Shown here: positions 1 through 8,560 of the stretch, piece after piece
How the letters are laid out: every line of letters starts with the position of its first letter
Position numbering within the stretch: position 1 is the first letter of the stretch
NCBI GenBank assembly: GCA_026397255.1
Contig: JAPLVF010000013.1
Span: 150,062-214,061, forward strand
Length of the DNA stretch: 64,000 bases
From: Candidatus Beckwithbacteria bacterium
GTDB taxonomy: Bacteria > Patescibacteriota > Microgenomatia > UBA1400 > CG1-02-47-37
Direction: 5' to 3'
Position numbers and translations under genes: made by a program
The notes under the pieces: generated by a model
The model's input: the letters and a program-made list of their open reading frames with translations, nothing else
Databases searched by the model: none
What the model was told of the DNA's origin: nothing

Positions 1-639
1 TTTGTTAATAACAATAATTTTTTTATTTTTAGCAGAAACGTTTGCTTTTTTCAGTGCTGGCGCAACAATCGAAGCTAGAGAAATTTTACTAATAATTAAG
101 TCGTTTCTCCCTTTTTGATATTGAGTTAATTTAATTAAATTGTCCGACAGGACCTGTAAATTGTTGACTTCCTCAAGATTGCTAAGTAAAAGTTTTTTAG
201 CTCCGATTAGATTGAGTTGTTTGTCCCGCAGATTAACTTCGATTTCTGACTTAAGAGCGGTTAAAGGAGTCCGCAGCTCGTGGGAAGAGTCAGTGATAAA
301 ACGACTTTGCTCATCAACCATTACTTTAATTGATTGAAGTGTTTTTCCGGATAGAAAATAGGCAGCAGCAGCAGAACCGGTTAAAATTATCAGATTAATC
401 AAAATTAAAAATAATTTAAGTCTGGTTTCAGTTTCCTTAATTAGATCGGGATCAAGTCTAAATCTTTCCGGCGGCAGCGGGTTAGGCAAACGATCTTCAA
501 GCTGTAAGCGATGCATTCGTTCGACTCGATTGAGTTCAGAGGTAATCACTTGATAAATTCCGACACTAAAAAAAACACTGACAATCATAATGATCAGCAG
601 ATACCAAACGGTTAGTTTAATTCGCGCCTGTTTAAACAT
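1..639 (-). CDS. Sensor histidine kinase (N-terminal part; runs off window start)
   Basis: Read manually: ATG at 639 (MFKQARIKLTVWY...), two TM segments, H-box RFITDSSHELRTPL; directly downstream of the response regulator. Confidence 0.9.
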   Translation of the reverse strand, partial: MFKQARIKLTVWYLLIIMIVSVFFSVGIYQVITSELNRVERMHRLQLEDRLPNPLPPERFRLDPDLIKETETRLKLFLILINLIILTGSAAAAYFLSGKTLQSIKVMVDEQSRFITDSSHELRTPLTALKSEIEVNLRDKQLNLIGAKKLLLSNLEEVNNLQVLSDNLIKLTQYQKGRNDLIISKISLASIVAPALKKANVSAKNKKIIVINK

Positions 640-1320
640 TTAATTGGTTTTACCTAATTTGTAACCGAAACCTCTAATCGTATGAATCAAGTTTGGTTGC
701 TTAGGAAAGGGTTGATCGATTTTGTGGCGCAGATAGCCAATATAAACTTCGACGGTATTAGGTAAAACATCGGCATCATAATCCCAAACATGACTGATAA
801 TTTTATCTTTGGTCAGTATCTGATTGGCATGCCTTAATAAGTATTCTAAAAGGCTGAATTCTTTGCTGGATAATTGAATAGATTTACCGCCCCGAGTAAC
901 TTCATAAGTCAAGGCATTCAGGTTTAAATCTTCTACACTTAAAGTTGTCCCGCTAGAATGATGCGGCCGCCGGATTAATGCCCGGATCCGGGCCAATAAT
1001 TCTTCAAAGGCAAAGGGTTTAGTTAAATAATCATCGGCGCCGCTATCCAACCCTTCAACTTTGTCGCTCACCTGCCCTTTAGCGGTTAAAATTAAAATCG
1101 GGGCATGAATTTTTTGCTGGCGAAGCCGGTGACAAATTTCCAACCCATTAATTTCCGGCAGTAAAAGGTCAAGAATAATCATGTCGTAATCTTCCGTGGA
1201 AGCCAGATCAAAACCGTCAGTGCCGGTGTAAGCCACATCAACGGCATACTTTTCCTGCTCTAAGCCCTGTTTGATAGAGTTGGCAATTTTATGTTCGTCT
1301 TCAACGACTAAAATTCTCAT
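640..1320 (-). CDS. OmpR/PhoB-family response regulator
   Basis: Receiver domain (ILVVEDE, ILDLLLP, GADDYLTKPF) plus winged-helix C-terminus (IHTIRGFGY). Confidence 0.95.
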   Translation of the reverse strand: MRILVVEDEHKIANSIKQGLEQEKYAVDVAYTGTDGFDLASTEDYDMIILDLLLPEINGLEICHRLRQQKIHAPILILTAKGQVSDKVEGLDSGADDYLTKPFAFEELLARIRALIRRPHHSSGTTLSVEDLNLNALTYEVTRGGKSIQLSSKEFSLLEYLLRHANQILTKDKIISHVWDYDADVLPNTVEVYIGYLRHKIDQPFPKQPNLIHTIRGFGYKLGKTN

Positions 1321-1376
1321 AGATAATATATAATTAAATTAATATTATAACCCTAAGCTGAAAATAAGCTGAGAAA

Positions 1377-1805
1377 ATGAATACAATTCCCTTTACCCAA
1401 GACGGATTAGATAAAATTAGTGCCGAAAGAGATAAGCTGACGGCCGAGCGGCCGGAAGTGGTCGGCAATTTGCAAAAAGCCCGGGAAATGGGCGATCTGT
1501 CCGAAAACGGCTACTACAAAGAATCAAAAGCCAGACTGGGATGGCTGGACGGCCGGTTAAGATATTTAAACCGGTTAATTAAACAGGCGGAAATTGTTAA
1601 AAGCGGCCAAGTGACGCTAACTGACGGGAAAAAGACTTATGAATACAAGATTGTCGGCGGTTACGAATCCAATCCGCAAGAAAAGACAATTTCCTACCAG
1701 TCGCCTCTTGGCAGGGCAATTTTGGGGAAAAAGGCCGGAGAAACAGTTAAGGTACAAACACCGAACGGCTTGGTGGAATATAAAATCTTAAAAATCAGCG
1801 CTTGA
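1377..1805 (+). CDS. greA: GreA/GreB transcription elongation factor (compact)
   Basis: GDLSEN motif and ISxxSPLGRAILGK. Confidence 0.9.
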   Translation: MNTIPFTQDGLDKISAERDKLTAERPEVVGNLQKAREMGDLSENGYYKESKARLGWLDGRLRYLNRLIKQAEIVKSGQVTLTDGKKTYEYKIVGGYESNPQEKTISYQSPLGRAILGKKAGETVKVQTPNGLVEYKILKISA

Positions 1806-3615
1806 AATTTAAGTCTTTTTTACGAAGACGCAAAGATTTGGGGGTCACTTCCAACAGCTCATCCGTGCCGATAAAAGTTAAGTATTGCTCCAAAGACATT
1901 TTTAAAGCCGGAGTAATTTTAATGGTGGCGTCGGCGATAACCGAGCGGACGTTGGTTTTTTGTTTACCTTTGCAAACATTCATGTGCATATCCCCTTGGC
2001 GGGTACTTAAACCAACCACCATCCCGCGATAAACGACATCCCCGGGATTCACAAACGAGAGACCGCGTTCCTGTAAATTAGCAATGCTATAAGATAGGGT
2101 TTGGCCGGATTCGTCGGAAACAATGGCGCCGTTACGGACAAAACTTAAGTCTTCACCCTGGGGTTCATAATCCAAAAACTCCGAGTTAACCACGCACATG
2201 CCGGAGGTTTGGGATAATAAATCGCCGCGAAAACCGATTAAATTCCGGGTGGAAATTTTATACTCAAAGCGGACGCCGGATTTTAAGTTAGCCATGTTTA
2301 ACATGACCGCTTTTCTTTGGCCTAAAGAATTAATGACGGTGCCGGAATATTTTTCCGGAACTTCGACATAAAGTTTTTCAAACGGCTCGCAGGTTTTCCC
2401 GGCAATTTCCTGGAAAATCACTTCCGGCCGGGAAACGGAAAATTCAAAACTTTCGCGGCGCATAGTTTCAATCAGAATGGATAAATGGAGTTCGCCGCGG
2501 CCGGCGACGACAAAACTGTTACCGGAAGAACCAGGAGTAATCTTTAAACTGATATTGGTCTCAATTTCTTTTTTCAGACGGCTGGAAATTTGGCGGGAAG
2601 TAGTGAGTTTGCCATCTTGACCGACGAGGGGCGAAGTGGAAACAGACAGCTCGACTTTAAGAATCGGCGGGGTAATATTTAAACCCGGCAGGCCTGCCAA
2701 AACATTAACATCGGTTAAAGTATCGCCGATCTGGACGTCTTTAAAACCAGCTAGGGCAATAATATCGCCGGTGTCGGCTTGCTTGATAGCTTCTTTAATC
2801 AAACCTTTAAAAGTAAATAAATATTCCACTTGAGACTGGCTGATTTTCTGGCCATTGCGGACCACGGCTAAAAAATCGTGTAATTTGATGACTCCCCGAT
2901 TGACCTTACCAATAGAGTAACGGCCTTTGTGAGCATCATAGTCCAGGTTGGTAATTTGAATCTGGGCCGGACCGGTTGGTTCGCCTGATGGTGCCGGAAT
3001 CGTATCAATAATGGTTTGAAATAAAAGCGCTAAATCTTTGGCGTCGGTAATGGTTAAAGAGTGATTAGGATTAAGTATGGTTTGCGTACCGACTATCCCC
3101 TGGCGGCCGACAGCATATAAAACCGGAAATTCCAGTTGCTCGGCGTTTTCAGCCAAATCCACAAATAAATCGTTAATTTCGTTTAAAACCACTTCGGCCC
3201 GCTGATCTTTGCGGTCGACTTTGTTGATAATGACGATCGGCTGGAGGCCGAGCTTTAAGGCTAAAGACAAAACATAACGGGTTTGGGAAAGAACGCCTTC
3301 GGCGGCATCAACTAACAGGAGACAGCCTTCGGCCATGTTTAACACCCGTTCAACTTCACCGGAAAAATCAGCGTGGCCGGGAGTATCGATAATGTTGATT
3401 TTATAGTCGTGCCAATGGATGGCCGTGTTTTTGGCCAAAATCGTGATGCTGCGCTCGCGTTCCAAAGCATTGGAATCCATAATCGTGTCCTGCTGCATTT
3501 CGGACTGGTAAGCGGCAAAAGTGTGGGATTGCTTCAGCAAATGATCGACCAGGGTGGTTTTACCATGGTCAACATGGGCAATAATGGCGATATTTCTGAT
3601 TTTGCTTTGATCCAT
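1795..3615 (-). CDS. typA: Translational GTPase TypA/BipA
   Basis: [54 protein letters not shown]. Confidence 0.97.
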   Translation of the reverse strand: MDQSKIRNIAIIAHVDHGKTTLVDHLLKQSHTFAAYQSEMQQDTIMDSNALERERSITILAKNTAIHWHDYKINIIDTPGHADFSGEVERVLNMAEGCLLLVDAAEGVLSQTRYVLSLALKLGLQPIVIINKVDRKDQRAEVVLNEINDLFVDLAENAEQLEFPVLYAVGRQGIVGTQTILNPNHSLTITDAKDLALLFQTIIDTIPAPSGEPTGPAQIQITNLDYDAHKGRYSIGKVNRGVIKLHDFLAVVRNGQKISQSQVEYLFTFKGLIKEAIKQADTGDIIALAGFKDVQIGDTLTDVNVLAGLPGLNITPPILKVELSVSTSPLVGQDGKLTTSRQISSRLKKEIETNISLKITPGSSGNSFVVAGRGELHLSILIETMRRESFEFSVSRPEVIFQEIAGKTCEPFEKLYVEVPEKYSGTVINSLGQRKAVMLNMANLKSGVRFEYKISTRNLIGFRGDLLSQTSGMCVVNSEFLDYEPQGEDLSFVRNGAIVSDESGQTLSYSIANLQERGLSFVNPGDVVYRGMVVGLSTRQGDMHMNVCKGKQKTNVRSVIADATIKITPALKMSLEQYLTFIGTDELLEVTPKSLRLRKKDLNFKR

Positions 3616-3687
3616 AGTATTTTGGGTACAATCTGTTAATTATACGCTTAATTGATATAATTATATTATCCGGATCACTGAATTAAA

Positions 3688-3744
3688 CTATAATTTGATT
3701 GCTTTAATCGTTAAAAAGAGAGGAAATTCCTGACGGCTGCGATT
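3688..3744 (-). pseudogene. Stranded 3'-end relic of the methyltransferase gene (NRSRQEFPLFLTIKAIKL*)
   Basis: 49/57 nt match to 5305-5361 (NRSRSEFPLFLTIKAIKS*), same orientation. Confidence 0.9.
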
Positions 3745-5240
3745 TAAAAATGACTTTGGCTTAGCCAATTTTTATAACCGGCATCGAGATCTCTCTGGAT
3801 CTTATTGTCCATATACCCTCTCGCCTCAAGTTCTATGGTTGATAAATAAGTTTCCACCCCCCAAGGTAATCCTGATTTAATTATTGCAAGCATAAGGTTG
3901 GTCGCTGCCATTTTTGAGTCGAAATTGTTTCTGAATGTATTTGTAATTTCTTTTGGTGTATATAATGTTCTCATTAACCAATAATACCCCTGTTGGAGCT
4001 GGTCAGATGTCATATTTTTTGGTTCAAAAACGGAAATTCGATGGTTGTAATGCAATGTATCTCTATCTTTAATCCTTCCTTGTCTTTCCATCTGAATTCC
4101 CCATGGAGTAGATGGATATGGCGTGGCCAGATGCAAAAATGTGTAAGGAACTTTGAGCGATTTTAATATGTAAGCATGCCTGTAAAATGTATCGGGAAAG
4201 CTATGATTATCCAAACCAACAACTACAGATAGATTTAATGGTATACCCATCTCCTTAAAAACAACTTCTGCTTTTGCGAGTAATGTGACTTCTTTATCCT
4301 TTGAACCCGCAACGCGTGGGGTGACTATGTCGTCCGCTCCATAAAGAAAGGAAAAACATCCTCCCCCACCATATTTTGCTGACATAAGACGCAAAAGACT
4401 TTTATCAGGGCCAAAATTTTCTAAATCTTCAAGAAGAGGAGCAACCGTCCCTTCTGTGTACCAATGAATTCCTGTTTTATTCAAATAAGTAAATAGCTCA
4501 TATAAAACTTCTCTTGGGATGGCTGAAGTATTTAAGTCTGTAGAAAATAAATGGTCGCCTTTTCCTAAGCCCATCTGCTTAATTTCCTTAATAATATCCT
4601 CGGCGCTTCTATACCTTACCTCATCGTCCCCACCTCTTTGCATTCTAGTCGGACTGCAAAATGAGCAATAATTAGTACAGCCTCTTTGCCATTCTTGCGG
4701 ATGTCTACGCAGTTTTTCCAGAACTCCCGGTAATTTTGAAAAAATGGACCTATCCGGATAAACATAATCCTTCATATCAAAAGGTTCCATTTTTCTTGAA
4801 TCATATTCATCTTTAAGCCTTCCTGATAAAAGATCGGTCATAAATTCTTCCGCAACAGGTTCAAATTCGCCCTTTACCCGGACATCAGCTTCAGCAAACG
4901 ATTCAGGGCTAAAAGTAGGACTATAGCCACCAACGATAACCCTTTTACCTTTTAGCTTGGCAATTCTTGTCGCTTCCTTCGCCATTGATGTATCAAAGTG
5001 TCTGGCTGAGATAAAAACGTTTCCAACATTTTCAATTAATCCCTCAAGAGCGGAAGATCCTTTCGGAGACATCTGCGCATAGGTAGTCTTAAAGCCGGCA
5101 GCTTTCAGATAGGAACTGACTATGGCGATTCCAAGAGGATCAAGGTGTTCCAAATATTTCCGTATTTTCCCAACCGCCGGCCTTTTTTCATCATAATGTT
5201 GAGGGCCGGCTAAGAGTAAAGCTCGTCTTTCTACTGACAT
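3744..5240 (-). CDS. B12-binding-like radical SAM protein (accessory)
   Basis: CxxxCxxC (GCTNYCSFC), N-terminal PLGIAIVSSYLK/VIVGG B12-like domain, TPYPSTP; ATG 5240 preceded by TATAAT-N6. Confidence 0.85.
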   Translation of the reverse strand: MSVERRALLLAGPQHYDEKRPAVGKIRKYLEHLDPLGIAIVSSYLKAAGFKTTYAQMSPKGSSALEGLIENVGNVFISARHFDTSMAKEATRIAKLKGKRVIVGGYSPTFSPESFAEADVRVKGEFEPVAEEFMTDLLSGRLKDEYDSRKMEPFDMKDYVYPDRSIFSKLPGVLEKLRRHPQEWQRGCTNYCSFCSPTRMQRGGDDEVRYRSAEDIIKEIKQMGLGKGDHLFSTDLNTSAIPREVLYELFTYLNKTGIHWYTEGTVAPLLEDLENFGPDKSLLRLMSAKYGGGGCFSFLYGADDIVTPRVAGSKDKEVTLLAKAEVVFKEMGIPLNLSVVVGLDNHSFPDTFYRHAYILKSLKVPYTFLHLATPYPSTPWGIQMERQGRIKDRDTLHYNHRISVFEPKNMTSDQLQQGYYWLMRTLYTPKEITNTFRNNFDSKMAATNLMLAIIKSGLPWGVETYLSTIELEARGYMDNKIQRDLDAGYKNWLSQSHF

Positions 5241-5304
5241 GCGGTCATTATAGGACATTATTTTCTAAATACAACAATTCTTTGTAGAACCTAAAGGCGA
5301 TGAG

Positions 5305-6048
5305 TTATGATTTGATGGCCTTAATCGTTAAAAAGAGAGGGAATTCTGAACGGCTGCGATTTTCCATTTTGGCAGCGCCACCCTCGCTGGATTTATCCGA
5401 AGTCCATTCTTCAATTAATTGAATGACAAAACCGGCTGAGGCCAGCATTTGGGAATAAACCGACAGCGGCTGATGAAAACTCCAGGTCACGGAAGAATGG
5501 CGCTGGCCGGGGTGCATCTGAATGGGAATTTCTAAAGGAGACAAATAACGGTTAATCCGGCGATACTGCAGTTTGTTAGCTTCATCAATCCCCCAGCTGG
5601 ATTGGCGGGGAATCCGGAAACAAGGATGGTTAAGGACAATGACTAAAGTGCCATTTTTAATTAGGTGCTTCCCGGCATTAGTGATGACGCAGGCCGGAGT
5701 TTTAATGTTTTGTAAAGATAAAATTAAAGTAGCGTGGGTAAAGTCCTGGGCCACAGACAGCGGTTTAGACACGTCAGCCACAAGGTATTGATGGTGGGTA
5801 TTTTTGTCGGAACGCTTGGCAGATTCAATTAAGTTCGGAGATAGATCAATCCCGGTATAACTAATGGCCGGGGCCAAACGGCGGGCTAGAACGCCAGCAC
5901 CGCAAGCTAAGTCTAAAATTTTACTTTTTGAATTTAAATTTAACAGCTTTAGAACACCCCCAAGAACAATGTGTTCGTGATAATAGTGACCGGAACCGGC
6001 AGTTAACTCGCTATACCAGCGACTATCTTTTTGCCAAGAAGTTTGCAT
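5305..6048 (-). CDS. Class I SAM-dependent methyltransferase
   Basis: ILDLACGAG motif I, GIDLSPNLI. Confidence 0.9.
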   Translation of the reverse strand: MQTSWQKDSRWYSELTAGSGHYYHEHIVLGGVLKLLNLNSKSKILDLACGAGVLARRLAPAISYTGIDLSPNLIESAKRSDKNTHHQYLVADVSKPLSVAQDFTHATLILSLQNIKTPACVITNAGKHLIKNGTLVIVLNHPCFRIPRQSSWGIDEANKLQYRRINRYLSPLEIPIQMHPGQRHSSVTWSFHQPLSVYSQMLASAGFVIQLIEEWTSDKSSEGGAAKMENRSRSEFPLFLTIKAIKS

Positions 6049-6602
6049 AGACGGGAATTAATTAATGATTGGGGGAGATGGCGGGATTGCCATTTATTGA
6101 TTAAAAATTTCATGGTTTCAACTTTTTCGTAAGGAAAAATAATCCAGGCATCGGTTTTATAACCATAAAAATCCGGCTTAAAAATTGAGTGAGGTTTGTA
6201 AAAAAGTGAGGCGGTGGTAATGCTGCGGACGTTATTTTTTAATAAATGGCTTTTTGTAAACTTAAATGATTCGCCGGTATCGGCAACATCATCAAACAGC
6301 AATACCTGTTCGCCTTTCAGGCTAACCGGAAAATCCTGGTAAATCTTTGGCTTAACAAATCTTTGATTAACCCCGGAATAAAATTTGATACCTAAACTGG
6401 CCACCTGTCCTACTTCCAAAAAATCGACTAAAGAGCGGGTCATCGGCCAACCGCCTTTAGCTAAAGTTACAATCCGGTCGAATTTTTTGCCGGCCTGAAT
6501 CATTTTTTGAGAAATTTGAAACGCTAAATCGTTCATGTCATCCCAAGTGGGAGTAATAAATTTAATTTTTTCACCGGGAAAACTAATGTTTGGTAAATTC
6601 AT
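6003..6602 (-). CDS. Purine phosphoribosyltransferase (type I PRTase)
   Basis: PRPP-binding VLLFDDVADTGES; WIIFPYE. Confidence 0.88.
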   Translation of the reverse strand: MNLPNISFPGEKIKFITPTWDDMNDLAFQISQKMIQAGKKFDRIVTLAKGGWPMTRSLVDFLEVGQVASLGIKFYSGVNQRFVKPKIYQDFPVSLKGEQVLLFDDVADTGESFKFTKSHLLKNNVRSITTASLFYKPHSIFKPDFYGYKTDAWIIFPYEKVETMKFLINKWQSRHLPQSLINSRLCKLLGKKIVAGIAS

Positions 6603-7068
6603 AGAAAGTAAAATTATAATTATTTTCAGTATAGTCTGCTTTCTTTAATAATTTAAAGTGGGAGTAATCGGGGAAAAAGACGTCGGCGTGAAAGTCGCCT
6701 TTAACTTTAGTCACATAAAGCTTATCAACCAAATTTTGGGCTAAAGCCTGACGGTAAATTTCAGCGCCGCCGATAATGAAGACTTCTTTTTTATCGATAG
6801 ACTGAGCTAGATCGATGGCTTCTTTTAAAGAGTGGGTGATCTCTACATTCCGTTTTGGAACGGAATAGGGGTGGCGGGTAACGATAATATTGGTCCGACC
6901 AGGTAAAGATTTGCCTATGGACTCGTAAGTTTTTCTGCCCATAATCACCGGGTGGCCGGTAGTGATGGTTTTAAAATGGCTAAAATCTTTTTTGATATGC
7001 CAAAGCAGCCGGTTTTTAGCGCCGATGCCTAACTTATTATCATGGGCCACAATAATCGAAATTTTCAT
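6583..7068 (-). CDS. folA: Dihydrofolate reductase
   Basis: IMGRKTYESIG, LPGRTNII, IIGGAEIY. Confidence 0.96.
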   Translation of the reverse strand: MKISIIVAHDNKLGIGAKNRLLWHIKKDFSHFKTITTGHPVIMGRKTYESIGKSLPGRTNIIVTRHPYSVPKRNVEITHSLKEAIDLAQSIDKKEVFIIGGAEIYRQALAQNLVDKLYVTKVKGDFHADVFFPDYSHFKLLKKADYTENNYNFTFYEFTKH

Positions 7069-7075
7069 AAATTTA

Positions 7076-7101
7076 CTCTATCACATTCCGGGAATGTGAT
7101 T
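7076..7101 (-). repeat. REP palindrome, TTCC variant (ATCACATTCC-G-GGAATGTGAT plus CTCT flank)
   Basis: Palindrome 7080-7100; 26/26 identical to 46776-46801; overlaps thyA stop. Confidence 0.9.
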
Positions 7102-8050
7102 AGAATCCTCCGACAACGGTAATATCGGCTTTAATGCCGGAATGCGGATTGTAGCCAATAACCTCAAAATCTGCGAATTTAAAATCGTCAATGTTGGTAA
7201 CTTTGGGGTTTATTTTCATCACCGGAAACGGACGGGGCTGGCGTTTCAACTGAGTCTTGACCTGTTCAATATGATTGGCATAAATATGGGCGTCGCCGAA
7301 AGTGTGGATAAACTCACCCGGCTGGTAACCGGTAACCTGGGCGAGCATTAAAGTCAGTAAAGCGTAAGAAGCAATATTAAACGGTACGCCTAAAAACATA
7401 TCGGCCGAGCGCTGATATAAAAGCAGAGATAATTTATTAGCGGTAATATTAATGTGAAACAGGGTGTGACAAGGAGCAATGACCATGGAAGCGTCGTGTG
7501 AGCCGGACATTTCGTAAATACAGCCGGCGTTCCAAGCGGAAATAATGTAGTGCTTTTTTTGTGGATATTTTTTAATCTTCTCAATCGCCCAGCCGAGTTG
7601 ATCGATAGTACGGGGCTTGCCCGCCGAAGCCTCGGCGAAGGCGGGCCAGTGGCGCCATTGGACGCCGTAAACTGCGCCTAGTTGGCCGTATTTTTCGACA
7701 AAACCGGATTTATTTTTCAGGTTAACCATAAATTCTTCATAAGGTATCGGTTTGGTAACGCCCCAGCTATATTTTTTGTAGGCCCATTCGTCCCAAATGT
7801 GGACGTCATTGTCGATTAAATATTTAATATTGGAGGAGCCGGATAAAAACCATAAAAGTTCGTGGATGATCCCGCGGACAAAAACTTTTTTAGTGGTTAA
7901 AAGCGGGAACCCTTTGGACAAATCAAAGCGGATTTGCCGGCCGAAAACCGATTTTAATTTGACCCCGGTCGAGTGGCTGATTTTCCATTGGCCGTTGTCC
8001 AGAATGTCCTGAAGCAAATCTAAATATTGATATTCCGGGTGTTTTGACAT
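7100..8050 (-). CDS. thyA: Thymidylate synthase
   Basis: GFPLLTTKKV, PCH active site, YQRSADMFLGVPFNIASY; likely start MSKHPE. Confidence 0.97.
   Translation of the reverse strand: MSKHPEYQYLDLLQDILDNGQWKISHSTGVKLKSVFGRQIRFDLSKGFPLLTTKKVFVRGIIHELLWFLSGSSNIKYLIDNDVHIWDEWAYKKYSWGVTKPIPYEEFMVNLKNKSGFVEKYGQLGAVYGVQWRHWPAFAEASAGKPRTIDQLGWAIEKIKKYPQKKHYIISAWNAGCIYEMSGSHDASMVIAPCHTLFHINITANKLSLLLYQRSADMFLGVPFNIASYALLTLMLAQVTGYQPGEFIHTFGDAHIYANHIEQVKTQLKRQPRPFPVMKINPKVTNIDDFKFADFEVIGYNPHSGIKADITVVGGF
7619..7646. repeat. Intragenic palindromic element in thyA (encodes PAFAEASAG)
   Basis: GCCCGCCGAAGCCTCGGCGAAGGCGGGC imperfect hairpin; relatives at 10509, 29636, 29796. Confidence 0.8.
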
Positions 8051-8077
8051 ATAAATAGTTTCTGTTATCATTAAACA

Positions 8078-8560
8078 ATGAAAACAAAAAAAAGCCAACC
8101 CCAACTAAAAAACCCAAGAATCTTCGTGATTGTTTTAGCAATTTTAGCGTTTTTAGGTTTGTTGTTTTATTTTAAAAATCAAATTGTGGTGGCTTGGGTA
8201 AACGGCCGGCCAATCTGGAAGTTGAGCTATAGCCAAGAATTAAATCGACTGGCCGGACAACAGGCATTAAATTCGGTGATTACTAAAACTTTAATTACCA
8301 GTGAAGCTAAAAAACAAAAAGTCAGTGTGGCTAATAATGAAATTCAGGCCGAGATCAGCCGGATAGAAGACTTAGCAAAACAGCAAGGGACTGATTTAAA
8401 TGAACTGTTAACTTTACAAGGGATGACGAGGCAAGACCTGACGGAAGATATCAAATTAAACAAATTGGTAGAAAAAATGGCCGGAACTGAAAGCGCGCAG
8501 ATTCAGGATTGGCTGACCAATTTACAAACGCAGGCGAAGATAATTAAGTGGGTCAAGTAA
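8078..8560 (+). CDS. Membrane-anchored SurA N-terminal-like foldase
   Basis: N-terminal TM, VAWVNG, LITSEAKKQKVSV helical pattern. Confidence 0.65.
   Translation: MKTKKSQPQLKNPRIFVIVLAILAFLGLLFYFKNQIVVAWVNGRPIWKLSYSQELNRLAGQQALNSVITKTLITSEAKKQKVSVANNEIQAEISRIEDLAKQQGTDLNELLTLQGMTRQDLTEDIKLNKLVEKMAGTESAQIQDWLTNLQTQAKIIKWVK

Noticed and set aside
3688-5361. Tail repeats as a diversity-generating retroelement TR/VR pair
   Set aside because: Differences are not adenine-specific, are largely synonymous, and no reverse transcriptase is in the window
7080-7100. REP palindromes as CRP/FNR-type operator sites (TGTGA/TCACA half-sites)
   Set aside because: Half-sites are in the reverse arrangement with 9-bp self-complementary spacing, lie at gene 3' ends and flank a RAYT
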